A DNA stretch of 64,000 nucleotides from Clostridia bacterium (lineage in GTDB: Bacteria; Bacillota; Clostridia; Oscillospirales; CAG-272). Shown here piece by piece: positions 18,991 to 28,150 of this stretch. Below the pieces are notes generated by a model, which worked only from the letters and a program-made list of their open reading frames with translations, was not told where the DNA came from and made no database searches. Position 1 is the stretch's first letter; every line of letters starts with the position of its first letter. The position numbers and the translations under genes are program-made. Location of the stretch: NCBI GenBank assembly GCA_017508195.1, contig JAFVZL010000043.1, forward strand, positions 33,657 to 97,656. The letters run 5' to 3'.

Positions 18991-19067
18991 GTGCCTTTAG
19001 CTCAGCTGGATAGAGCAACTGCCTTCTAAGCAGTAGGTCGGGGGTTCGAGTCCCTCAAGGCACGCCA
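18991..19067 (+). tRNA. tRNA-Arg (anticodon TCT)
   Basis: Hand-folded cloverleaf. Acceptor GTGCCTT/AAGGCAC, anticodon loop CTTCTAA, T-loop TTCGAGT, encoded CCA. Confidence 0.9.
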
Positions 19068-19072
19068 CTTAC

Positions 19073-19150
19073 GGTGGGATTAGCTCAGTTGGTTAGAGCG
19101 CCAGGTTGTGGCCCTGGAGGTCGTGGGTTCGAATCCCATATCTCACCCCA
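19073..19150 (+). tRNA. tRNA-His (anticodon GTG)
   Basis: Extra G at position -1 opposite discriminator C. Anticodon loop TTGTGGC, T-loop TTCGAAT, encoded CCA. Confidence 0.9.
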
Positions 19151-19151
19151 G

Positions 19152-19186
19152 AAAAAAGTGTGTCCGTTGCGGACACACTTTTTTCT
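19152..19186 (+). terminator. Terminator after the tRNA pair
   Basis: AAAAAAGTGTGTCCG-ttg-CGGACACACTTTTTT. Confidence 0.8.
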
Positions 19187-19238
19187 TTTTATATTAAGGC
19201 TTGAATCGGTTGTTTGCCCTATCAAATGCTATATTTTT

Positions 19239-21635
19239 TCAATGCATATCAACGGTCTGTATATGCTCTGCATTTACCAATATATTATCACCGCTGACAG
19301 AAATGTGCACCGAGCTTACGTCATCTCTATGCACAAGCAGATCGGATATAGGATTCTCGATCTTCTTGCCAATATATCTTATAAGAGCGCGAGCACCTGT
19401 TTTTTTAGTATCAGCAGCCTCAGCAATTAAATGAGCGACCGCACTGTCATACAGAAGCACAACGCCTTTGAGTGCAAGCATCTCCTTCAGCTTATTCAAC
19501 CTGTGCTCGGTAATCATGAGCAATGTAGCTGCGTCAAGCGAATCGAACTCAAGAATCTCATCAAATCTGTTTATAAATTCAACAGGGAAGTGCCTCGAAA
19601 GTGCCTCCGTAAGAGCGCTCGCCTCGCCGTACTGCTCCACAAATCCCAGGTGTCCGTGTGTAGAAGAATTTTTGGTCGTGATATTAGATGTCATAATGAT
19701 ATAGGTATTTCTGAAGCTGACACGCCTACCTGAGGAGTCTGTAAGAAATCCGTAATCCGCAATTTGAAGAAACAGATTCTGAATCTCGCGGTCAGCTTTT
19801 TCTATCTCATCAAACAAAATAACCGAGTGAGGCTTCTTTCTTACTTCATCGGTCAATGCACCGCCACTGTCATAACCGGCATAACCGGGAGGCGCACCGA
19901 TAAGCTTTGAAACCGTATGCTTCTCGGAATACTCGGACATATCAAATCGCAAGAGCGCAGTGCCCGAATTAAAAAGCTCATCCGCAAGTGCCGCTGCAAG
20001 TGCTGTTTTTCCGACCCCGCTCTCACCGAGAAACAAAAAAGTACCTCGAGGGCGTTCGTTTCCTATAAGGCCCAATCGGTTACGCTTCAGAGTCAGAATA
20101 ATTCGTTCTATAATATGATCCTGACCGAGTATACGACTTTTCAGCCTGCTTTCAATGATATCGTAATCGATGCTCGTTCTGACATCGCTTACGTCAACAC
20201 CACTCATCTCCGATACAATATATCTCACGTCGGATATGCCGACAGCGGGCAGATCATGCAATGTCGGACTCTCCCTGAGCGTCTCAAGCTCAGCGCGGAT
20301 TTCCTTCTCGCGTTCCTTGATCTCAAGGGCCAGTGCGAACTCCCTGTTACGAACGGCCATCTCTTTGTCTTTCAATATCTGCCTCAGAATTTCTTCTGCA
20401 TTATTGATTTTATTATCACTTTCGACTCCCCTTGAAGATACTAGCGCACAACTTTCATCAAGCACGTCTATTGCCTTGTCCGGGAGAAATCGATCGTTTA
20501 TATATCTTATTGAAAGTGCTACACATTCATTGATAACCTCATCCGAAATTATAACGCCGTGATGCTTTTCGTAACGTTCTCTTATGCCCCTAATCATCTC
20601 TACGGTTGCTTCCTCATCGGGCTCTTCAACGGTTATGGGCTGGAAGCGTCGTTCCAGAGCAGGGTCCTTTTCTATATATTTCCTGTATTCGGCATAAGTT
20701 GTCGCACCTATCACCTGAAGATCTCCGCGAGACAACTGCGGCTTTAATATGTTAGAAGCATCTATTGCGCCTTCCGCCGCCCCCGCTCCGACTATCGTGT
20801 GTATTTCATCAATAAAAAGAATGACAGATGATCCTCTTGATGCCTCTTTTACAATATTCTTAATCCTCTCCTCGAAGTCTCCGCGATACTTCGCGCCCGC
20901 TACCATTGAAGTCAGATCAACGCTTATGATAGACTTGCCTCGCAGCTTTTCGGGAACCTCACCCTTCGCTATTCTTGCAGCCAACCCCTCGATTATTGCA
21001 CTTTTTCCTACTCCCGCTTCACCAACGAGGCAGGGGTTGTTTTTATTCTTGCGGCAGAGCACGCGTATTATCCGTTCGGTCTCGCGCTCTCTTCCTATAA
21101 CAGGATCAAATTTGTCCGCCCTTGCAAGCTCTGTAAAGTTTCGTCCATACTGCCTTAATGTAGATAGTTCCTGCGATTTTCCCGTTTCACGTTCCTCCGC
21201 CTTTTGCTTAAGTTGCAGTGCAAGCTCATCCTTTAACACGCTTATGTTAGTTCCGCTGCTTTTTAGCAGCTTTACCGCTATACATTCGCGCTCGTCAAGG
21301 AGTGCAGATAGTATATGCTCAGTACCGATGAGATTGGAACCGCTTTTCAATGCATATAAGTGTGACCGTTCCACAATTCTCTTGCACCTCGGTGTCATGT
21401 CAGCACCTGATATCTGACTTTCAACACCAACTCCCGAATAGTCACATATGGTCTTCCGAAAGCCCTCCCTCTCGATATTATGTTTTTTTAAGAGATTTTC
21501 GGCAACCGATCCCTCTGTTTCGAGCAGCGCGAGAAGCAAGTGCTCGCTGCCAATATAGGTATGACCAAGCTTTTCGGCTATCTCTACGCAGCGTGTAAGC
21601 GCGTATCTTGCTTTTTCGCTAAATCTTTCGTTCAA
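19239..21635 (-). CDS. clpC: ATP-dependent Clp protease ATP-binding subunit ClpC-like (class I AAA+)
   Basis: Two Clp N-repeats. Walker A GEAGVGKSA and GESGVGKTA, and a UVR-like linker (AVRNREFALALEIKEREKE). 798 aa. Confidence 0.88.
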   Translation of the reverse strand: MNERFSEKARYALTRCVEIAEKLGHTYIGSEHLLLALLETEGSVAENLLKKHNIEREGFRKTICDYSGVGVESQISGADMTPRCKRIVERSHLYALKSGSNLIGTEHILSALLDERECIAVKLLKSSGTNISVLKDELALQLKQKAEERETGKSQELSTLRQYGRNFTELARADKFDPVIGRERETERIIRVLCRKNKNNPCLVGEAGVGKSAIIEGLAARIAKGEVPEKLRGKSIISVDLTSMVAGAKYRGDFEERIKNIVKEASRGSSVILFIDEIHTIVGAGAAEGAIDASNILKPQLSRGDLQVIGATTYAEYRKYIEKDPALERRFQPITVEEPDEEATVEMIRGIRERYEKHHGVIISDEVINECVALSIRYINDRFLPDKAIDVLDESCALVSSRGVESDNKINNAEEILRQILKDKEMAVRNREFALALEIKEREKEIRAELETLRESPTLHDLPAVGISDVRYIVSEMSGVDVSDVRTSIDYDIIESRLKSRILGQDHIIERIILTLKRNRLGLIGNERPRGTFLFLGESGVGKTALAAALADELFNSGTALLRFDMSEYSEKHTVSKLIGAPPGYAGYDSGGALTDEVRKKPHSVILFDEIEKADREIQNLFLQIADYGFLTDSSGRRVSFRNTYIIMTSNITTKNSSTHGHLGFVEQYGEASALTEALSRHFPVEFINRFDEILEFDSLDAATLLMITEHRLNKLKEMLALKGVVLLYDSAVAHLIAEAADTKKTGARALIRYIGKKIENPISDLLVHRDDVSSVHISVSGDNILVNAEHIQTVDMH

Positions 21636-21693
21636 CTTAGTATCCTTTCAACGTAGCTTATGTCGTTATTATAACCAACCGACAGCCGTATTT

Positions 21694-22173
21694 TCACACA
21701 TCGGTAGCCCAATGCGCAAAGATTTCGCGCTTTATCCTCGTATACAGAACTGAGTCCACACCACTTTCTCCCCCAAGACCAAATATTTCCCTTAAAAAAA
21801 TTACAGCCTTTTCTGTATCCGTGTTGTAATAGCTTCCTTTCGGGTATATGTGATCATAAGCGTATAAGTCAAGTGCGTTTGAAATGTATACATGAAGCTG
21901 AGTTATTTCATCTCCGTTCATCCCTTTGACGTACGGGAATGAGGCTGTTCCGCTATAATTGCCGTAAATCGCCATGTCGGCTTGTTCCTGACGATTTTCG
22001 AGTATTGCCAGGAAGGTTTCGTAATTTACTCTTCCATTTTCCCTAAGCCCCGTCTTCCTTTGCAACTCCTTCACAGCCATCTCTGTCTTTTTATTATAAA
22101 TTCCGCTCGGATTTATCCCAAGAAGTCCTTGTACTGCTTTTATGCCGGCAGGCTTATCTGATATCATATACAT
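21694..22173 (-). CDS. Small peptidoglycan-binding-domain protein
   Basis: PG_binding_1-like segment (IKAVQGLLGINPSGIYNKKTEMAVKELQRKTGLRENGRVNYETF). Lies 8 nt downstream of the preceding gene. Confidence 0.55.
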   Translation of the reverse strand: MYMISDKPAGIKAVQGLLGINPSGIYNKKTEMAVKELQRKTGLRENGRVNYETFLAILENRQEQADMAIYGNYSGTASFPYVKGMNGDEITQLHVYISNALDLYAYDHIYPKGSYYNTDTEKAVIFLREIFGLGGESGVDSVLYTRIKREIFAHWATDV

Positions 22174-22181
22174 ACAAACTC

Positions 22182-23579
22182 CTATCCGATGTTATATCCG
22201 GGAAACTGATCCTCTCTGACAACGCTTCCCGTATAAAGGTCATCGTAGACATTTACTATTGCATTCCACGTCTGAGCATTAACACGCTCAGGGCTTGTAG
22301 GAAGATCAAAACGGGTATTGAATGCGCGCACTGCCTCGGCGGTGGATTCGCCAAACACTCCGTCAACGCTAACGCGCGGAATTTCAGGGTAAACACCTGA
22401 AATATAATTCAGATATCCCTGGAGCGCTCTTACGTCATCTCCTTCGCTTCCTACTCTTAACACTCTGCCCGGATAGGGAAGTATCAGCCCCTCCTCAAAC
22501 TCATACGGTATTCCCTCGAGTATTCCGTAATAAACATCCTCTATAGTATTCCATGTGCGCTCATCAACAATGCCGGTTTCGGGAAGTCCGTATGTCTTCT
22601 GGAATGATATGACGGAATCTCTCGTCCCCGTACCGAACGAGCCGTCAACCGTAGGTGATTCCACCGTCGGTATAAAAAGCGAAATGTACGCAAGATAATA
22701 TTGCAGCGTAAACACTCCGGGCGAATTTACTCCCTCTCTCAGCTCTCTTTCATAAGCGGTAGCTAATTCTGAAACGGTTAGTCCCTCGGATGAAATTGAA
22801 TAAAGGTCCTTTACAGCACCGTAAATAGCATTTACTCTATTCCATGTGGCAGGACCTATTATTCCGTCCGGTGTAAGATTGAACACCTCTTGGAATTTCC
22901 TTACGGCATTTGCCGTCGACACATCAAAAAAGCCATCGGTAGGGTATATCTTCGGTATTCCCGGATAATTTGCGGATATACGGTTAAGCCGTATCTGCAT
23001 AATTTCAACTGCCGCCCCGCTGTCTCCTTCGGAAAGAGGCTCGAGCGGCGCCGTGGGAGCTCCCGATTCCTGTGGCACGTCTGTTATTATCTCGACGTCA
23101 TTTCCGTATGACCGTCTGATTATTTCTTCGTAGTTCAATCCCTGATTCGCATATTCAACCGTGTCCCACTGCTGAAGTCCGTTACATGTGATTTCAACTC
23201 CGTCGCAAAACTGTGCGAAGAGTGGCTCTACGCGGCCAAGACGCCTTATATAACTGTCATAAATCTGATCGACCACCGAGGAGATCGATTCGTACACGTT
23301 TCTCTGGTAAATAAAAGTCTGATCGTAAGCCGGTGAGTTCGTTATATCAAAATCATAACCGCGATTGCGGTAATATCCTGTGTAAACGCGATTAAGTGCA
23401 ACGGAAATCTGTGCAAGAACGTTAGCTTTTATTGCCTCGATCGGCCATGTTGGATATATCTCGCTCGATGCGACGTTCTTTATGTAGTCGGAAAAACTCA
23501 CCGTAACATTCTGTGCATCAGAGCTTGGTGCACCGAGGTGTACTACTATATCCTTCGGTATTGTTGGGTATAACGACAT
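22182..23579 (-). CDS. SpoIID/LytB-like N-terminal domain protein with three PG_binding_1 repeats (possible cortex/cell-wall lytic enzyme)
   Basis: The N-terminal YIKNVASSEIYPTWPIEAIKANVLAQISVALNRVYT resembles the SpoIID/LytB signature. There are three repeats of the type G..V..LQ..LN.I...YP.IP...DG.FG..T..AV..FQ...L...G.....TW..I. Confidence 0.6.
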   Translation of the reverse strand: MSLYPTIPKDIVVHLGAPSSDAQNVTVSFSDYIKNVASSEIYPTWPIEAIKANVLAQISVALNRVYTGYYRNRGYDFDITNSPAYDQTFIYQRNVYESISSVVDQIYDSYIRRLGRVEPLFAQFCDGVEITCNGLQQWDTVEYANQGLNYEEIIRRSYGNDVEIITDVPQESGAPTAPLEPLSEGDSGAAVEIMQIRLNRISANYPGIPKIYPTDGFFDVSTANAVRKFQEVFNLTPDGIIGPATWNRVNAIYGAVKDLYSISSEGLTVSELATAYERELREGVNSPGVFTLQYYLAYISLFIPTVESPTVDGSFGTGTRDSVISFQKTYGLPETGIVDERTWNTIEDVYYGILEGIPYEFEEGLILPYPGRVLRVGSEGDDVRALQGYLNYISGVYPEIPRVSVDGVFGESTAEAVRAFNTRFDLPTSPERVNAQTWNAIVNVYDDLYTGSVVREDQFPGYNIG

Positions 23580-23588
23580 ACTATCTCC

Positions 23589-24074
23589 TTATTGCTCGAG
23601 CTTCGGATTTTCATTGCTCACGGTTGTAAGAGTATCCTTAGGTGTAGGATCTCCCTCTCGGTATATGATCATATTTATCGGGAGTACGGTCACAGCACCG
23701 CCGAATACCGCTACCCCCTCAATAACCTTGCTATAGTAACCGGGCTTATGCGCTTCTACGGTGTATGTCGCATACGGTGCCTCAGCGGGGCGGGGAGTCT
23801 GCGAAAGCTCTCTCTCGGGAGCAGGCAACTCAATTATTTCCGTCCTTCCGTCGACGTCGGTTACTCGCGAACGCGCGAAATCTCCGTTTTCTTCATCAGT
23901 TCCCCGGACTCTGATGAGCACCCCCTCGACCGGGAGGGCATCCTTTGCGAGAAAGGCACTTACGCTTAGTCCGCCGATATCGGTGTAATTCAAACGTTCA
24001 TCACCTCTGATTGTATATTTTAGATAAGCGGAAAGCTGTTTTGAATCCGCTTTTTCTACTGACAATATATGCAT
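23589..24074 (-). CDS. Hypothetical protein with a carboxypeptidase-regulatory-like (Ig-like beta-sandwich) segment
   Basis: VEGVLIRVRGTDE...RVTDVDGRTEIIELPAP...YTVEAHKPGYY pattern. First gene of a tightly spaced three-gene set. Confidence 0.45.
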   Translation of the reverse strand: MHILSVEKADSKQLSAYLKYTIRGDERLNYTDIGGLSVSAFLAKDALPVEGVLIRVRGTDEENGDFARSRVTDVDGRTEIIELPAPERELSQTPRPAEAPYATYTVEAHKPGYYSKVIEGVAVFGGAVTVLPINMIIYREGDPTPKDTLTTVSNENPKLEQ

Positions 24075-24092
24075 CTTTTGACTCTTTGGGTA

Positions 24093-24121
24093 TTGACATT
24101 TTCTGAAAATGTTTATATAAT
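24093..24121 (+). promoter_or_regulatory. Sigma-A-type promoter for prs
   Basis: TTGACA, 17 nt, TATAAT. Confidence 0.6.
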
Positions 24122-24240
24122 ATATTTATCTATGACATTATTCGACTATGAACCGACCGTATCGTAGCCCCTTATTGTCATCTTTTTAGTTTGTGCGCGG
24201 GTGCGCAACCATCAATTTAATATTTTCGGAGTGTGCAAAA

Positions 24241-25359
24241 ATGAAAGATTCACTGTTTGGAGAGCTTAGCGTAATAGGCATGCGCGGCTGCGAGGACTTC
24301 GCTAGCCAGGTTGACTTTTACCTCAAGGAGTGGCGCCGCCACGATACCGAGGGAAGCTTCCTTGTAAACGCTCATTGTCCGAGATTCGGCAGCGGCGAGG
24401 CAAAGGGAACGCTTAACCAGTCGCTCAGGGGTAACGACGTATACATCATCTGTGACGTATTCAATCACGGCGTTACTTATAATATGTACGGCAACACCGT
24501 ACCTATGAGCCCCGACGATCACTTCCAGGATCTCAAGCGCGTTATCGGTGCCATCGGTGGCAAGGCGCGCAGGATCAGCGTTATTATGCCCATGCTTTAT
24601 GAGGGCAGACAGCATAAGCGCTCAGGCAGAGAGTCGCTTGACTGTGCTCTTGCGCTTCAGGAGCTCGTAAATATGGGCATTACCAACCTTATTACCTTCG
24701 ATGCACACGACCCTCGCGTCCAGAACGCGATTCCTCTCTCCGGTTTTGAGGATGTACGCTCCGCTTATCAGATGATAAAGGCACTCTTCCGTGAATTCCC
24801 AGATATCGAGATCGATCCCGAAAAGACAATGATCGTTTCTCCCGATGAGGGCGGTATGGGTAAGTGCGTTTACTACTCCTCGGTTATGGGCATTGACCTC
24901 GGTATGTTCTACAAGCGCCGCGATTACTCCATAATCGTTAACGGAAAGAACCCCATCGTTGCTCACGAATATCTCGGCAGAGATGTTCAGGGTAAGGACG
25001 TCATTATTGTTGATGACATGATCTCCTCCGGCGAGTCGGTTATCGACGTTGCAAAGCAGCTCAAGGACAAGGGTGCCAACAGAATCATCGTTTTTACCAC
25101 CTTCGGTCTTTTCTGCAACGGTCTTGCAAATATGGATAAGGCGTACGAGGAGGGAATTATAACCAGAATCTTCACCACCAACCTTGTATACAGAACCCCC
25201 GATCTTCTCGCAAGGCCCTGGTACTCCGAGGTTAACATGTGCAAGTACGTTGCATATATCATCGATACTCTTAACCATGACCAGACTATCAGCCATCTTC
25301 TTGATCAGTCGAAGAAGATCCACGCGGTTCTTGATAAGCACAAGAAGGCTAAGAAATAA
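24241..25359 (+). CDS. prs: Ribose-phosphate pyrophosphokinase (long form)
   Basis: PRPP-binding loop VIIVDDMISSGESV. The ATG at 24241 is preferred over the upstream start at 24193 by its distance from the promoter. Confidence 0.82.
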   Translation: MKDSLFGELSVIGMRGCEDFASQVDFYLKEWRRHDTEGSFLVNAHCPRFGSGEAKGTLNQSLRGNDVYIICDVFNHGVTYNMYGNTVPMSPDDHFQDLKRVIGAIGGKARRISVIMPMLYEGRQHKRSGRESLDCALALQELVNMGITNLITFDAHDPRVQNAIPLSGFEDVRSAYQMIKALFREFPDIEIDPEKTMIVSPDEGGMGKCVYYSSVMGIDLGMFYKRRDYSIIVNGKNPIVAHEYLGRDVQGKDVIIVDDMISSGESVIDVAKQLKDKGANRIIVFTTFGLFCNGLANMDKAYEEGIITRIFTTNLVYRTPDLLARPWYSEVNMCKYVAYIIDTLNHDQTISHLLDQSKKIHAVLDKHKKAKK

Positions 25360-25416
25360 CATCAACAAACGGGGATCGACTGAAGAAGTCATCCCCGTAT
25401 TTAAAAGGGCAGGAAT

Positions 25417-25833
25417 ATGAGAATTACCCAGGAATCTGATTACGCACTCAGGATCATCACCGCGCTTGCGGAAAGAAACGATCTTATTGATGCAAAGTCG
25501 CTTTCCGAGCAGACCCAGGTCACGCAGCGCTTCACACTGAAGATACTTCACAAACTCGTTCAGGCTGAGCTTGTCAGCTCGCATAAGGGTGCAAAAGGCG
25601 GCTATGTTCTTAAGCGCGCGCCCGAGGATATTACCCTGAAGGACGTGATAGAGCTTATCGACGGTCCTATCGGCATATCACGTTGCCTAGCAACAGAGGA
25701 GACCTGCTCGCTCAACAGAGATAAGACTGCTTGCGAATTCCACAGAATATTTGACAAGATCAGCTTCGAGGTATCTATGAAGCTCCACGGCATCACGATT
25801 GCCGATGTTCTCGCAAGAAATTACACGGTATAA
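25417..25833 (+). CDS. Rrf2 family transcriptional regulator
   Basis: MRITQESDYALRIITALA N-terminus with a winged HTH, and a Cys cluster C..(5)..C..(7)..C typical of Fe-S-binding Rrf2 members. Confidence 0.85.
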   Translation: MRITQESDYALRIITALAERNDLIDAKSLSEQTQVTQRFTLKILHKLVQAELVSSHKGAKGGYVLKRAPEDITLKDVIELIDGPIGISRCLATEETCSLNRDKTACEFHRIFDKISFEVSMKLHGITIADVLARNYTV

Positions 25834-25846
25834 GGAGTAAAAATTT

Positions 25847-26872
25847 ATGCTAAAGATCCTATCCTTTCCGGGCCTTGGCATCGGAAATTTCGAGGTCAAC
25901 AGCGTTGCCTTTTCGATTTTCGGTGTATCTATAGCTTGGTACGCACTAATAATTACATGTGGTCTTGTGCTCGCGATCATATACACAATGTTTAGAGCAA
26001 AGCAGATCGGTATCAACTATGAGGAGATCATCGATTTTGCCATTTTTGTCGTTCCGTTCGGTATTATCGGAGCAAGACTGTATTACGTGCTTTGCGAGCT
26101 TGACCGGTTTAAATCCTTCTGGGATGTTATCGATATACGCAGCGGCGGTCTTGCTATATACGGCGGAATTATCGCTGGAGCTATAACTGTTTACGTTGTT
26201 TGTAAGGTGAAGAAGATAAGCTTCCCGGCTTTTGGTGACTGTATCGTTCCCGGACTCATCCTTGCTCAGGCTATAGGCAGATGGGGTAATTTCATGAACG
26301 TTGAGGCGTTCGGCGGTGTTACAGACGTGGCATGGCGCATGTGCAGCCCCAGCATCGCTCAGTATCTCAGTGTAACGCAGGGCATAGATCAGGCGACCTA
26401 TAACGCAATTCTTGACGGCACGCTCGGTGTTCATCCCGCGTTCTTCTACGAGTCCTTCTGGAATATAATCGGATTTATCGCGATAAACTTCTACTACAAG
26501 CACAGAAAATACGACGGTCAGATAATCCTGCTCGTCTTCGGCTGGTACGGTCTCGGCAGACTATGGATCGAAGGTCTCAGAACCGACTCGCTCTATATCC
26601 CCGGCACTCCCATAAGAGTATCGCAGCTTCTTGCGGGTCTTATCTTTATCGCTTGTCTTGCGCTTCTCATTTACTTCAAGATAAAGCCCCCGAAGGGCGA
26701 GTTTTACTTTATGCAGCCTAAGGTTGCTGAAGGTGCAGAGGAGGGCGCAGCTGCATCCGTGACCGAGAATGCATCCGAGAACGAGAACGAGTCTGTAAAT
26801 ACTGCTCCGGTTTCGGATACCGAAGAGTCTTCCGCAGATAACGCAGACGAAGAAGATCCAAAAGAGGAATAA
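25847..26872 (+). CDS. lgt: Prolipoprotein diacylglyceryl transferase with an acidic C-terminal tail
   Basis: Lgt signature GRWGNFMNVEAFG, multi-TM. About 60 aa of Glu/Asp/Ser-rich tail at the C-terminus. Confidence 0.88.
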   Translation: MLKILSFPGLGIGNFEVNSVAFSIFGVSIAWYALIITCGLVLAIIYTMFRAKQIGINYEEIIDFAIFVVPFGIIGARLYYVLCELDRFKSFWDVIDIRSGGLAIYGGIIAGAITVYVVCKVKKISFPAFGDCIVPGLILAQAIGRWGNFMNVEAFGGVTDVAWRMCSPSIAQYLSVTQGIDQATYNAILDGTLGVHPAFFYESFWNIIGFIAINFYYKHRKYDGQIILLVFGWYGLGRLWIEGLRTDSLYIPGTPIRVSQLLAGLIFIACLALLIYFKIKPPKGEFYFMQPKVAEGAEEGAAASVTENASENENESVNTAPVSDTEESSADNADEEDPKEE

Positions 26873-26874
26873 TT

Positions 26875-27732
26875 ATGGCAAATATCATTGACGGTAAGCT
26901 TGTGTCGGCATCTCTTCGCGACAAAATCCGCGAGGATGTCAAAGCCTTCACCGAGAAAAGCGGTATAACTCCGACCCTCGCGGTAATACTTGTGGGTGAG
27001 GATCCCGCCTCGCGCGTTTATGTTCGTAATAAGCACAAGGCGTGCCTTGATGCCGGTATAGGTTCCATTCAGATAGAGCTCCCCGCTGATACTACCGAGG
27101 ATGAGCTCCTCTCGCGCATAAACGCACTTAACATGGATGAGAACGTTCACGGAATTCTCGTTCAGCTTCCGCTACCTAAGCACATAAACGAGGAAAAGAT
27201 CATAAACGCGATAGACGAGAAGAAGGACGTCGATGCCTTCCATCCTGCGAATGTCGGAAGAATAATGACCGGTAAGTATGATTTTCTGCCATGCACACCC
27301 GCCGGAATAATGTCGCTTCTCGATTACTACAAGATAGATATCGAAGGGAAAAAGTGCGTTGTGATCGGCAGAAGCAATATCGTAGGTAAGCCTATGGCAC
27401 TGCTCCTTCTCGAGCGCAACGGAACTGTAACCGTTACTCATTCGAGGACCAAGGATCTTGCCGCGGTCGCACGCGAGGCGGATATTCTTGTTGTAGCTAT
27501 CGGTAAACCCTTGTTCGTTACCGCCGAGTTTGTAAAAGAGGGGGCGGTCGTTATAGATGTCGGTATAAACCGCACGGCTGACGGAAAGCTCGTGGGAGAT
27601 GTCGACTTCGCATCGGTTGAACCCAAGGCTTCATATATCACGCCTGTTCCGGGCGGTGTAGGTCCTATGACTATCACGACGCTTTTGAGGAATACGCTTA
27701 AGGCGGCAGAGAAGTCCACATACGAAAAATAA
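26875..27732 (+). CDS. folD: Bifunctional methylenetetrahydrofolate dehydrogenase/methenyl-THF cyclohydrolase
   Basis: GRSNIVGKPMALLL and PVPGGVGPMTI motifs. 285 aa. Confidence 0.93.
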   Translation: MANIIDGKLVSASLRDKIREDVKAFTEKSGITPTLAVILVGEDPASRVYVRNKHKACLDAGIGSIQIELPADTTEDELLSRINALNMDENVHGILVQLPLPKHINEEKIINAIDEKKDVDAFHPANVGRIMTGKYDFLPCTPAGIMSLLDYYKIDIEGKKCVVIGRSNIVGKPMALLLLERNGTVTVTHSRTKDLAAVAREADILVVAIGKPLFVTAEFVKEGAVVIDVGINRTADGKLVGDVDFASVEPKASYITPVPGGVGPMTITTLLRNTLKAAEKSTYEK

Positions 27733-27762
27733 ATTATTCCTCGGAAAAAACTGACAAACCTA

Positions 27763-27791
27763 TTGACAAACACATCTGTTTGTTATATAAT
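27763..27791 (+). promoter_or_regulatory. Sigma-A-type promoter for rpsU
   Basis: TTGACA, 17 nt, TATAAT. Confidence 0.6.
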
Positions 27792-27847
27792 GTTTAAGTA
27801 CTTATGCAAATAAGTCTCTTTGCAAAGCGAAGGGAGGGAAAATAAAA

Positions 27848-28024
27848 ATGGCAGAGATTAGAGTTAAAGAGAATGAAACTCTCGACAGCGCACTTCGTCG
27901 TTTCAAGAGACAGTGCCAGAAGTCCGGTGTCCTCACCGAGCTCCGTAAGAGAGAGCATTACGAGAAGCCCAGCGTTAAGAGAAAGAAGAAGTCTGAGGCT
28001 GCTAGAAAGCGCAAGTATAAGTAA
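27848..28024 (+). CDS. rpsU: 30S ribosomal protein S21 (not in the ORF track, 58 aa)
   Basis: My own translation gives [68 protein letters not shown] upstream and a terminator downstream. Confidence 0.9.
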   Translation: MAEIRVKENETLDSALRRFKRQCQKSGVLTELRKREHYEKPSVKRKKKSEAARKRKYK

Positions 28025-28042
28025 TTTATTTGCATTAAAAAA

Positions 28043-28075
28043 GGATACGGTCACAATCCGTATCCTTTTTCTTTT
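28043..28075 (+). terminator. Terminator after rpsU
   Basis: GGATACGG-tcacaat-CCGTATCC followed by TTTTTCTTTTTT. Confidence 0.75.
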
Positions 28076-28150
28076 TTCTTCTTTTTCTTGTAAATATTAT
28101 ATCGTCTTATAAAATAATTATAGGGAAGAATATAATTGAGGTGAAACGAT

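Noticed and set aside
19074-19434. 118-aa and 77-aa plus-strand ORFs beginning inside tRNA-His
   Set aside because: They start within the tRNA gene, cross its terminator and then run antisense to the clpC 3' end.
20749-21417. 222-aa plus-strand ORF opposite clpC. The same applies to 19917..20435, and to 58871..59605 opposite ftsH
   Set aside because: Mirror ORFs of AAA+ genes. Ser/Pro/Leu-rich, with no start context.
24622-25584. 320-aa minus-strand ORF opposite prs and the Rrf2 gene
   Set aside because: It spans two well-supported plus-strand genes and the intergenic region between them, and has no motifs. It is a mirror ORF.
25847-26872. Acidic low-complexity tails on Lgt (and on FtsH and the DUF624-like protein) as possible gene fusions
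   Set aside because: The tails are in frame, lack any domain signature, and are compositionally simple (rich in Glu, Asp and Ser). They are most likely disordered extensions, not fused genes.
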